Shown here one piece after another: positions 12,800 to 24,029 of a stretch of DNA of 61,783 nucleotides (the stretch's first letter is position 1; each line of letters opens with the position of its first letter). The DNA is from Octopus bimaculoides (Eukaryota). The notes below the pieces were generated by a model. The model worked only from the letters and a program-made list of their open reading frames with translations. It was not told the origin of the DNA and did no database searches. Made by a program: the position numbers and the translations under genes. The DNA is taken from positions 92,993,313-93,055,095 of the forward strand of contig NC_068982.1 of the NCBI RefSeq assembly GCF_001194135.2, given 5' to 3'.

Positions 12800-14040
12800 A
12801 ATATACTTAGGGCCGCAGTTTACTCACACACAGCATCTTTCAGAGCTTGTCGCAAATCCAATTCTTATCAAAATGGAAAATCACTAACATTATTGAAGAG
12901 GACTGGTTCCTAGCTACATTTTAGCTTAAAAAATTGAGATTTGGTCCAGTAGAAAAAAAGTTTACATGAAAATTTATAGCGACGTAATAGGAGAATAAGT
13001 AACGCCACCAATCAAGTTTAGATTATAGAGGAAAGCGTGAAGAATTTAATAGTTTTGGTCCCATGCAACAAAAATTTGTATTAAAAATGTTGTGAAGTAA
13101 AATATGAAAAAATATAAGGCAAAAAATTGGATTCAAGTATAATTAACTATTTTCTATTTTAAAACCAAACTATATTTTAATTAAGCTTAAATGATAGAGC
13201 TCAATTCGAGAAATTTCATGGTATTAATCTCATGCAATGAAGTTTTAATAGAAAAAAGTTATGAGTGTTTGTTTCTCAAATTTGTGGGTGATTATATAGC
13301 TATATACTTTTTTTTATGAATATAGTTCTAGGGTACTTTTAATATATATCACTGGCATCATTGCGGTAAGGATAAAATTATCAACGACACCGCTAATTGA
13401 CACATTTGACACATTATTAATTAGCACAATAGCATAGTCTGGAAAAAAAAATGGATTACATGGAAAAATGCGAGCAAAAGAAATAATATTCTTAAGATTA
13501 TAAATCTGGTAAAGTACAGGACAAGTTATTAGACTTGGAAAAGTACAGAACAAGTTATTAGACTTGGAAAAGTACAGGACAAGTTATTAGACTTGGAAAA
13601 GTACAGGACAAGTTATTAAACTTGGAAAAGTACAGGACAAGTTATTAGACTTGGAAAAGTACAGGACAAGTTATTAGACTTGGAAAAGTACAGGAGAAGT
13701 TATTAGACTTGGAAAAGTACAGGACAAGTTATTAGACTTGGAAAAGTTCCGAACAAGTTATTATATGTGGTAAAGTACCAAATATAATCAATTCATGCTA
13801 CATGCTCACTTGCTAGGAAACTTTCGACCGTTGGTCGGTACATGTAACATGAATTGATTATCGCAGTTCTCACTTTCTCCTTATTTTTCTTTTTGCTTTT
13901 GTTTTATTTACTTTTCCGCTCTGATGAAGTTCCGTGATTCAAATGGGTATAATTAATTACAATGGTATCTATTATTATTATTATTGTGGTGGTTAATCCT
14001 CGGAATCAAGCTAACGGAAATAGCTGAAAGTTGAGATTCT
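12800..14040 (+). mobile_element. Possible highly decayed Penelope-like element
   Basis: Weak FRACRKSNSY...LLKRTG similarity to the PLE thumb region, plus a CTGATGA-stem-GAAA hammerhead-like 3' segment at 13921-14035. Confidence 0.3.
13492..13780 (+). repeat. 29-bp minisatellite, about 9-10 units
   Basis: Unit AAAGTACAGGACAAGTTATTAGACTTGGA head-to-tail from 13511 with no spacers; degenerate units at both ends. Confidence 0.95.
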
Positions 14041-14222
14041 CTGTCATTTTGTAATTAATTAATATATGATAATTGATGTAAATCAACTGTTATTCATCAA
14101 TTTTATCTCCATTTTATGCTTTCCTTGAATATTGAAAAACTTTAGTTTATTCTTGTATAACAACCGTCTAAGAGATGCAAGTATCCCGTAGACGGTTGTT
14201 ATAACCTCTAACTTAACTCTCC

Positions 14223-14260
<38 letters not shown>

Positions 14261-15133
14261 TATACAAGTAATTTTGCCGATAACATTCGTAAGCAGAGCG
14301 TCATAAGCCAACAGTACAAAACGTAGCGACATAACAGTCGTCACCATCTCATACACACACTGTTGACATTAGTTTCACTATAAGTAATAAAAGAGATACA
14401 ATAGATTACAGAATATTATTAGCTTAGGAACATTAGAGAGTATAATTTCTAACATCATTTATATATGAGAAACTTCCGGATATTTATGAATATCAAAACA
14501 TAATTTATGGAAAATTCATCTGGAAACTATGGACAATGACAATATTATAGAATGTTTGGGGACATCCTGATTACTGTTATCTCATCGAATGTGATATATG
14601 TAAATATAAAATGAATTAAACAAAGCAAGAGGACAGCTGTAGATACGTGTCTCTACTTCATTAGGCATTAATCTATATGCATACACATATATGCGCATAT
14701 TTATGTGTATATACATAGGTACACATACACACAGAGTTTGTATTTATATACATATAGATATAAATCTGTATGTACACTTATTTGCATATATATAATCTCT
14801 CTTTCTCTCTCTCTCTCTCTCTCCACACATACACGCACACACANNNNNNNNNNNNNNNNNNNNNNNNNNNNNNNNNNNNNNNNNNNNNNNNNNNNNNNNN
14901 NNNNNNNNNNNNNNNNNNNNNNNNNNNNNNNNNNNNNNNNNNNNNNNNNNNNNNNNNNNNNNNNNNNNNNNNNNNNNNNNNNNNNNNNNNNNNNNNNNNN
15001 NNNNNNNNNNNNNNNNNNNNNNNNNNNNNNNNNNNNNNNNNNNNNNNNNNNNNNNNNNNNNNNNNNNNNNNNNNNNNNNNNNNNNNNNNNNNNNNNNNNN
15101 NNNNNNNNNNNNNNNNNNNNNNNNNNNNNNNNN

Positions 15134-16289
15134 AGACATGCAGGAAGTAAATAGACACCTTTAATTTTCAAAATTTCTTATCTAAGCGTCTTAATGTTTT
15201 CAGCGGTGTAGAATTTACAATGTAATTATTCTTTTCCATTCCAGGTGCCATTATATTAAACATTTGCGAAGAGTAACCATGCCACGCACAAAAAATTCAG
15301 CAGAACTGTCAGATTTTCAAGGAGGTCGTATTGTTGGGCAATCTGAGGCTGGTCTTGCCGAAAATCTTCAAATTCCTCTTGCTACTGTTAATAGAATTAT
15401 AGTGCAATTCAAAAGCCAAGGAAAAGAATCAATAGATTCTCATCCCGGACGACCTGGGCCCTCGGAAAGGAAGCTTCGCTGTTTGAAGAGAATTGTGGAA
15501 AGCGAACCCCGTTCGAAGGCTTCTGATATTGCAAAACAGCTAGAAGTTAATCCATGAACGTGTGTTACATATCTGCATATGCTTGGATATCATGAAAAGA
15601 AAGAAATGGGCTAAGGAGATGTCAGAAAAATCCAGTTCATTTTGGGATAGAGTGATTTTCTCAGACGAATCCAGACTTGCATTATTTTCAGACAGTGGAC
15701 GTGTTTAGGTCTGGAGGCTTCCCAATCAAGAACTTGATTTGAAACGACTCCGCCCAACTGTGAAACATGGCGGTATCTCTGTAATGGTATGGGGAGCTGT
15801 CCCCAGCAATGGTCATTATGAGCTGATCGAATGTGTTGGAACCATAAACTCTGAAAAATACATCGAAATATTTAAGCAAGAACAATTTCCGATGTATTCA
15901 CACGATAACATAACGAAAAATGAGTTTTTATTCATGGAAGATGGAGCTCCATGCCACACAGCGAAAAGGAATCAATAATGGCTGACTGAAAATGGGATCA
16001 AAAAGCTTCCTTGGCCAAGCCAATCTCCTGATATGAACCCAATTGAAAATCTTTGGAGCATATTAGATAGAGCTATGCCAAAACCCCGACAGAAACCTAA
16101 ATCTAAAGATGAATTGTTTCGATGTTGCGTGAAAAGTGGGCAGAAATTCCACAAGAGACAATCATAAAGCTCATCAGTTCAATGCCAAAAAGAGTTTCTG
16201 AATTAAAAACTGCATTTCAATTGTTCGCCTTGCGTATTAAATAAAAGTTTTTGAAAATTAAAGGTGTCTAGTTACTTCCTGCATGTCTG
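15134..16289 (+). mobile_element. Near full-length Tc1 (DD34E) DNA transposon, transposase pseudogenised
   Basis: 40-bp TIRs (15134-15173, 16249-16288; one mismatch) and TA after the right end. ATG at 15279 gives [20 protein letters not shown]; VIFSDES, FMEDGAPCH and WPSQSPDMNPIENLW follow, with 34 residues between the second D and E. Stops and frameshifts present. Confidence 0.95.
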
Positions 16290-16769
16290 TATATAAATAT
16301 ACAGCAGTATATTGGGTAGATACTATCCCTTAGTGGGTTGAAGCCTCAACCCCTAACTNNNNNNNNNNNNNNNNNNNNNNNNNNNNNNNNNNNNNNNNNN
16401 NNNNNNNNNNNNNNNNNNNNNNNNNNNNNNNNNNNNNNNNNNNNNNNNNNNNNNNNNNNNNNNNNNNNNNNNNNNNNNNNNNNNNNNNNNNNNNNNNNNN
16501 NNNNNNNNNNNNNNNNNNNNNNNNNNNNNNNNNNNNNNNNNNNNNNNNNNNNNNNNNNNNNNNNNNNNNNNNNNNNNNNNNNNNNNNNNNNNNNNNNNNN
16601 NNNNNNNNNNNNNNNNNNNNNNNNNNNNNNNNNNNNNNNNNNNNNNNNNNNNNNNNNNNNNNNNNNNNNNNNNNNNNNNNNNNNNNNNNNNNNNNNNNNN
16701 NNNNNNNNNNNNNNNNNNNNNNNNNNNNNNNNNNNNNNNNNNNNNNNNNNNNNNNNNNNNNNNNNNNNT

Positions 16770-17087
16770 GTAAGCCTAGTACTTATTCTATCGATCTCTT
16801 TTGCTGAACTGCTAAGTTACAGGGACGTAAACACACCAGCATCGGTTGTCAAGCGATGTTGGGGGAACAAACACAGACACACAAACATATACACACACAC
16901 ATACATATATATATGCATATATACGACGGGCTTCTTTCAGTTTCCGTCTACCAAAACCACTCACAAGGCTTTGGTCGGCCCGAGGCTATAGTAGAAGACA
17001 CTTGCCCAAGGTGCCACGCAGTGGGACTGAACCCGGAACCATGTGGTTGGTAAGCAAGCTACTTATCACACAGCCACTCCTGCACCT
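16770..17087 (-). mobile_element. SINE family A copy (best preserved)
   Basis: Minus strand AGGTGCAGGAGTGGCTGTGTGATAAG (A-box-like), GGTTCAGTCCC (B-box-like), GGCACCTTGGGCAAGTGTCTT; left end abuts an N gap. Confidence 0.9.
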
Positions 17088-17519
17088 ATACATCAAATAT
17101 GATGAATCGAACATTGTTGGATAAGTGACATTTTAAAAAACAACATTCAAATTTATAGAAAATTAGAAGTAGTGGCTTTAACAGGCATGCGAGTAGCAAA
17201 GAGATCAAACAGCTATATTATCTGAAATCACTTATCTAAATTAGTTTATAGTTAACATTGGCGTTGAGAGCGTACAAGAATCACAGATTTGACATTAAGG
17301 GGATTAAAATCAAGCAGATATTTTGTCAGTTAAGTCAGACAAAAGGAGACAAATCTCAAGGTAGCAGAAAGCCATAAAACTGTCATCACCTTTTTGCCAC
17401 GTTAAAGCCGCCTTTTCTAATCTTATTTTTCTTTAGCTGATAAATCTTGACTGAGTTAAAATACTTTGCATACTAAATAGAGTTACGGTAAGGTCTCCCA
17501 TATATGTTATGATAATTTC

Positions 17520-17710
17520 TACTATAGGCACAGGTCCTAAATTTTGGTGGAGGGAGAAAGTCGATTTTACCGACCGAAGTACTTTTTCTGATAATTAGTT
17601 AATCGATCCCGAAAGAATGAAAGGTAAAGTCGGCCCCCTGCGGAATTTGAATCCAGAACGTAAAACCGGAAGAAATGCTGCTAAGCTTCTTACCACACAG
17701 CCATTCCTGC
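17520..17710 (-). mobile_element. SINE family B body joined to a family A head
   Basis: B-type ATCGATCCCGAAAGAATGAAAGGTAAAGTCGG...GAAATGCTGCTAAGC joins directly to A-type TTCTTACCACACAGCCATTCCTGC. Confidence 0.65.
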
Positions 17711-18235
17711 TATGTATATATATGCACTGAAAGCATATATATGTATATATGGAGTTAAACGCAGATGTTATTCAAGTTCTTTTACTTCCGACACATTTTT
17801 GAAGATATCACTGGTATTATTCCAAAGGAATAAAATGGTGTAAAACAATGTAATCTTCTCTTCGGGGAAATGAAGAAATGAAACTCGTCAATAAGACATT
17901 TTAACAGAATATGATGGAGGCTATAACGTCAAAGGTAGAGGATATAACGTCAAAGGTAGCCTATAGAAAGAGGAGGAGTAAAAGAAAGAAAAAAACCAAA
18001 TAAATGAGAAATATATAACGATATGTAATTTAAATAAAATCCTGAAGTCTTGGAAAAAGATATATCAAATGAATGTGAATGTAAGAAGAAAATTAATGTT
18101 TAAATTATATATAATGATGGATGATATATACCACCCATCCCCCTAGAAATATTAATAACAAGGTTATTGTATCTGAAGACAATTACAATAGAATCAAGTT
18201 TATGTCAAAAATTACTTCTGGTAATGAAGTATTTT

Positions 18236-18526
18236 TGTTATATAGGCAGATGATCTTCTCAGTTATCTAAAAGAATTTCTAATTATTACTCTACATTTAG
18301 GGATAGGAATAAACGTAACAGTACTGGGCGTAGTAAATTTATTTGGTATCTAAAAGACCACAATAAACAATTTAATTTAGATTGGCTGATTCTCTCAATT
18401 TCGATACCTTATGATAAAGGCAAGGAATTATGTCTTCTCTGTAATTCTGAACAATTTTTTATTCTTTTTTCTAAAAATCCCCTTGTAAACACGGTTATAG
18501 AGCGTGCATACCGATGTAAACATTGA
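18236..18526 (+). pseudogene. Penelope-type GIY-YIG endonuclease C-terminal remnant
   Basis: Manual translation CYIGR*SSQLSKRISNYYSTFRDRNKRNSTGRSKFIWYLKDHNKQFNLDWLIL...LCLLCNSEQFFIL...NTVIERAYRCKH* matches the YIG...NST.LSK.IW.LK...W.IL...C.LC..E...CRH pattern; absent from the ORF track. Confidence 0.8.
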
Positions 18527-18831
18527 CAGAAACACACCTTTAGTTCATATAAGTGATATCTATCATTATATATAATTTAAACATTAATTTTCTTCTGACA
18601 TTTCACATTCACAAGATATACCTTTTTCCAAGACTTTAGGGTTTTATTTAATCGTTAGATACTTCTCATTTATTTGGTTTTTCTTTCCTTTACCCCTCAT
18701 ATTTCTATAGGCTACTTTTGACATTATATCCTCTAACGTTTTTTAAAACAAACTTAATAGCGTTCAGTTAATCACTATACATATCCATCATGTTCTGTTA
18801 AAATGTCTTATTGACGAGCTTCATTTCTTCA

Positions 18832-18918
18832 TTTCCCAGAAGAGAAGATTACATTGTTTTACACCATTTTATTCCTTTGGAATAATACCAGTGATATCTT
18901 CGAAACATGTGTCGGAAG
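18832..18918 (+). ncRNA. Type I hammerhead ribozyme relic in the Penelope pLTR (core U4 mutated)
   Basis: Helix I TTTCC/GGAAG, core C(A)GAAGA, helix II GAAGAT/ATCTTC with distal TTATTCC/GGAATAA stem, GAAA, minimal helix III AC-ATGT-GT, GUC cleavage triplet. An inverted copy lies at 17785-17870. Confidence 0.7.
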
Positions 18919-19543
18919 TAAGAGAATTTGAATAACACCTGCGTTTAACTCCATATATATATATATATANNNNNNNNNNNNNNNNNNNNNNNNNNNNNNN
19001 NNNNNNNNNNNNNNNNNNNNNNNNNNNNNNNNNNNNNNNNNNNNNNNNNNNNNNNNNNNNNNNNNNNNNNNNNNNNNNNNNNNNNNNNNNNNNNNNNNNN
19101 NNNNNNNNNNNNNNNNNNNNNNNNNNNNNNNNNNNNNNNNNNNNNNNNNNNNNNNNNNNNNNNNNNNNNNNNNNNNNNNNNNNNNNNNNNNNNNNNNNNN
19201 NNNNNNNNNNNNNNNNNNNNNNNNNNNNNNNNNNNNNNNNNNNNNNNNNNNNNNNNNNNNNNNNNNNNNNNNNNNNNNNNNNNNNNNNNNNNNNNNNNNN
19301 NNNNNNNNNNNNNNNNNNNNNNNNNNNNNNNNNNNNNNNNNNNNNNNNNNNNNNNNNNNNNNNNNNNNNNNNNNNNNNNNNNNNNNNNNNNNNNNNNNNN
19401 NNNNNNNNNNNNNNNNNNNNNNNNNNNNNNNNNNNNNNNNNNNNNNNNNNNNNNNNNNNNNNNNNNNNNNNNNNNNNNNNNNNNNNNNNNNNNNNNNNNN
19501 NNNNNNNNNNNNNNNNNNNNNNNNNNNNNNNNNNNNNNNNNNN

Positions 19544-19647
<104 letters not shown>

Positions 19648-19769
19648 GTATATATGTGTATGTCTGTGTGTGTGTGTGTGTGTGTGTATGCATATATATG
19701 TGTATGTGTGTTTGTGTGTGTATATATATATATGTGTGTATGTGCGTGTGTGTGAGTTTGTTTTACTGC

Positions 19770-19950
19770 TTCCTTACACTAATATCGCATGGTACTTATA
19801 AGCAAGTGTCACTGTCATGCAAGCGGTGTTCTTTGTTTCAAATCTTCTATGAAAACATGTTTCGGCAAGGTGAAATGTTAACTTCCTCGAAGCAGGTGAA
19901 GCTTGCCGGCAGGGAGGGTATCGAGCCGTACAAAAACTGTGTGATTCATG
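19770..19950 (+). mobile_element. Fragment of another SINE-like repeat (family E)
   Basis: GGTACTTATAAGCAAGTGTCAC...GCTTGCCGGCAGGGAGGGTATCGAGCCGTACAAAA resembles the GGCGACAGGAAGGGCATCCRGCCGTAAAA block common in invertebrate SINEs. Confidence 0.5.
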
Positions 19951-21444
19951 ACAGGATGTAGAAGTGGATGTTCCACACACACACACACACACGTATATAT
20001 ATGTTACATACGTACATATATGTATGTGTGCGGACGATAATATTTTCAACTAAGACGTTACAACTGTATCTGATTGTTCAAGTGCTTCGATTCTGCATAA
20101 GCACAGATACTTACTCGATTGCTGGAATTTATCAATGTTTTCTCTCATAGTTTTAATGCAGTACTTTCTATGATTAGTAAAACTGTGGGTGTTTTTGACG
20201 ACAAGTGTATGCTAGTGTTTTAACATCTTACGTCGCTGAAATCAATGAGAATAGCATGGACTTTACACAATCTTATTTTCTTTCTTTAAACATCTGATAT
20301 TATAAGGACAGTCTATAATGAACAATCTGTTATTCTGTTTCAAACATGCTTGCTAGAGAATTTATCAAGATATTTTGGTTACATATAAAATGGATGGCAC
20401 AAGGCGGTAGAGAGGCGGAATAGATAAATAGGAGCTGGTCTAGTATTTAGTTTTGACCATTTTCTATGTGATCATCACAACTTTAAAATTTCGATTTTCT
20501 TTTCGGGGTCTCCGGATTAGTATACATACTGCATTCACTACATAAGGTTAAGTGTCTTTCACTCACAAGAAGAAGTACTTCTGAAGCAAATTGAAAGAAA
20601 TCTAAGAAATGAAGCGAAATCCTTCTAGATAAGGTATTGATTTTTTTAAATTCACGAGTTCTAACTTTGCTGACAATCAATTCTATTTGTTTCTGTCAAG
20701 CAAATTGCCCCCAAATCATTCTAAATTATAGGTTCTGTTCTATCCTCCACCTTATACTGTACCGCGATTGCCTCTTCTCTAATGAATATTCCACACCAAT
20801 AGGGTTTTTAGTATTACTTAACAACATTAACATGAATCACTGAGTTGATTTAGGTGCCACAAGATCCAATATTAAAGTGTCTCCATTTAATGTTATAATG
20901 ATGCTATGATGTACAAACATTCAACTAACAGATCTATGAAACTTTAGCAGAAATAGAAAATTCTTGATAGTAACAAGAAAGCTCGTGTTTAAAAAGCATT
21001 AAGAGGAGTTATTTTTCTACAGGGACACACACTTTCGGGGAGACATGTAGTCTATTTAACCTACCCTAGGACTTGACTAGTAGTTATTTTTCCGATTTCA
21101 GGAGGATTAAAAACAAATAAATCAGTTGTGAAATTAATATCAATACTAAATATTGATGTAAAATGACTTCGGTGGGATTAAAGAAATTGATGCCAATAAT
21201 ATATATTTTTATGAGACGTAATTAAATTAGTGTCTGTGAGTCAGATTAAGAGAGATCCTATACTTGGATGTCAAGGACTTCCTCGCTATATCTGAAAGGC
21301 AGCATTTTGAACATGGCTATTCCATCAAATATTTATAAAAATACATTCAAATGTCAAACGACACTAAGAAACCAATTATAATAATTCACAGATAAGATGC
21401 AATAATAAAACAGTATATAAGTGAAAATTTGCACGACGTATAAA

Positions 21445-21600
21445 AGATGACTGCAGTCACTACGCAGCCACGTGGTACCAAGTTCGATATCACTACACGG
21501 CATCTTGGTCAAGTGTCTTATAGACTTAGGCTGATTAATATCTTGTGGGCAGAAGTTGGTAGACGGAAACAGGGAAGAGACTTCTCGTACATATATGTAT
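21445..21600 (+). mobile_element. Degenerate SINE family A copy
   Basis: AAGTTCGATATCACTACACGGCATCTTGGTCAAGTGTCTT...TTGGTAGACGGAAAC...TCGTACATATATG. Confidence 0.65.
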
Positions 21601-21735
21601 ATGTATTAACGTATGCTTTTATGATGTTATTAAAAAAACAATATAACATTAAGCCGAAGTATTACTGGATACTTTTTGTATTAGAGTACATGTTTGTTAA
21701 ACTTTACAAGGAAAATGTTCAAAGTAACTTCGAAG

Positions 21736-21817
<82 letters not shown>

Positions 21818-22659
21818 GTAATAATAACAATAATCCTTGGATGAAATTTATAAACATTTAATGAATCGCTACGCGCGTTTTCAGTAATCACATGTCTCTA
21901 AAGATCACAGTCAATATTCCTGGAATGATTACAGTGTAGCCGGTGGGCATTGATTCATTTCATCAAGATATATAACATTATTGGATATATAACATAAAAT
22001 AACATTATTGGATGTTTAACAGAGGGATATTTACCCTTTTGACCTGTGCGAAGGGTGATTGAATCATGTAGGTATTTCTGTGTGTATTTGGTGGGGAGGA
22101 GGAAAAAGGTGATGGAAAGAGAGGAAGGAATGGTAGTCATATGTGGATGGAGGTGTGTGTGGGGATGCTGGACTTATTTTGCTATTCAGTCTTCAGATGT
22201 CAAGGATGGGTGGTACATTCCTTTGTTTGATCTCATTTAAGGCATGAGTATCTTCGATGAATTGTGAAGTAACCAGGTTAGCCACTACAGCCACTACAGC
22301 CACTACAGCCATCAACTGTTGGAATTCATTTTCCGAATTGATAAATGATACTTTCTCAGGGTGACCCTTTAATTGCTTCCGGTGGTACAGTAGTAGCATC
22401 CTAAACATTGGTTGATTTCTTTGTTTGTGTTCCTTCCTTTTTCTAAAATATGCTAAGGGCTGTTCATGTTATCTCGTTTGAAAATTTTTTTTTTTTTCAA
22501 ATTTCAGAAAGGATGTTTTGCTTCCATGTTTATATGATATGATCACTTCGGAGTGTCTATCTGGATGTAATGATTTCTAGAGTTTCTTCTGGGCATAAGT
22601 TGCATACTCGTGATGTTCCGTTGTTTGGTGCAAAAACGTTTCCTGTAAATAAGTTTAAA

Positions 22660-22707
<48 letters not shown>

Positions 22708-22727
22708 ACATATATATGAAAAGCAAA

Positions 22728-22828
22728 AAAAATCGATTTCGACGGAATTTGAACTCAGAACGTATAAACGGACGAAATGCCGCTAGGTATTTTGTCCGGC
22801 GCGGTAATGATTCTGTCAGCTCGCCTTG
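22728..22828 (-). mobile_element. SINE family B head fragment
   Basis: GGAATTTGAACTCAGAACGT...GAAATGCCGCT...GATTCTGTCAGCTCGCCTT, next to (AT)n. Confidence 0.75.
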
Positions 22829-24029
22829 TTAATAACAGCAACTAGCAAGTAGTTACTGACTTTAATTGTCTCAATGAACAGTATGTACTCAACTCAAACT
22901 CACATATCTGTATATGTTGATTTAATTATAAGAAATGAAACAAAAAGAACAACTGATAGGATTTGTGGATAATTATGATCACATGCAGAGTTGACACAAC
23001 ATATATGAACGTGACGTATAGGTTGTTAAAATGTCAAATAGAAGAAAGAAAAAAGAATCTTTGAAGGATAAGGATTTGAAGAAATTTTGAATTGCAAATT
23101 TTCGCTTTCAAATTGTGTTTTCATTTTTGATATCTCTCATTAATAACGGCTTCAGCATATATATACTTTTTTTTATGCATTTAAGAGTTTGAAGGCTAAG
23201 TTTTCAATGACTTATATCAAGTGTTAAGTTGGAAGGAAAACAAACGCAAAAAATATCTATCAAGTATATGTTGTAAGGAAATACCTTTACTACTAATGAG
23301 TATCAAATCAGTGAAAAAAAAAAAAAATCTGAAGTGCTACTTCTTGATATCAAAGATACTTTCATGATGAAAAAGTGAATTCCTTATGGCATTACCAAAG
23401 AAATAGTAGCTCAATGGGTTGTGGGTTTATTTAGACTAAAAGAATATACATAAATTTAAAATCTTAATTTTTAACGAAACATTAACCACTGTGGTAAAAT
23501 TAATACACACTAAATTCGACATACATTTTATAACACTTCAAATCAGTTAACTAATCAGAGTTCCAACAGATTTATGTAATTTGTCCTAGCAAACGTGCTT
23601 CACTCCCGACTGATCAGAAATAGCTTGACGTGTGATAAAACCATCCAATGTTGGAACAATAACAATAATGAGACTGTGAGTCTTGTTGCAGAAAATAGCC
23701 TGCAGTCTACTCAAGAACTACTGAAGATTGTCGCATCGAAGCATACCAAAGAAAAAAAGTGAAAAAAAAAAGATGGATAACTAATAGAACATTTGTCCAA
23801 ATTGTTGGAAATGCATTTGCACTATTATTACTATTGTAAATTGACTAATTACATAATCTTATTATTCTATCAAGCCAATTTGTAATAACTTAAAATTAGA
23901 TATGGCCTATTAGTCAAGCATAATCTTATACAATCTATAATTGAGATCCATAGTTCCGACACAATTATAGGCATAGTCATTTACATTCCCACCCCCACAA
24001 CAAAACCCAACGGTTTATTCTTAGTGGTG

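Larger units (their letters stand above)
17751..18952 (+). mobile_element. 5'-truncated Penelope-like element with inverted pseudo-LTRs
   Basis: Inverted repeats of about 168 bp (17751-17918 and 18784-18952, 8 differences counted), flanked by (TA)n, enclose a GIY-YIG endonuclease remnant. Confidence 0.85.

Noticed and set aside
13492-13780. CRISPR-like array (29-bp repeats)
   Set aside because: Units are head-to-tail with no unique spacers, there are no cas genes, and the context is eukaryotic; it is a minisatellite.
17751-18952. MITE or non-autonomous DNA transposon with long TIRs
   Set aside because: The interior encodes a GIY-YIG remnant and the repeats contain a hammerhead motif, which fits Penelope inverted pLTRs better.
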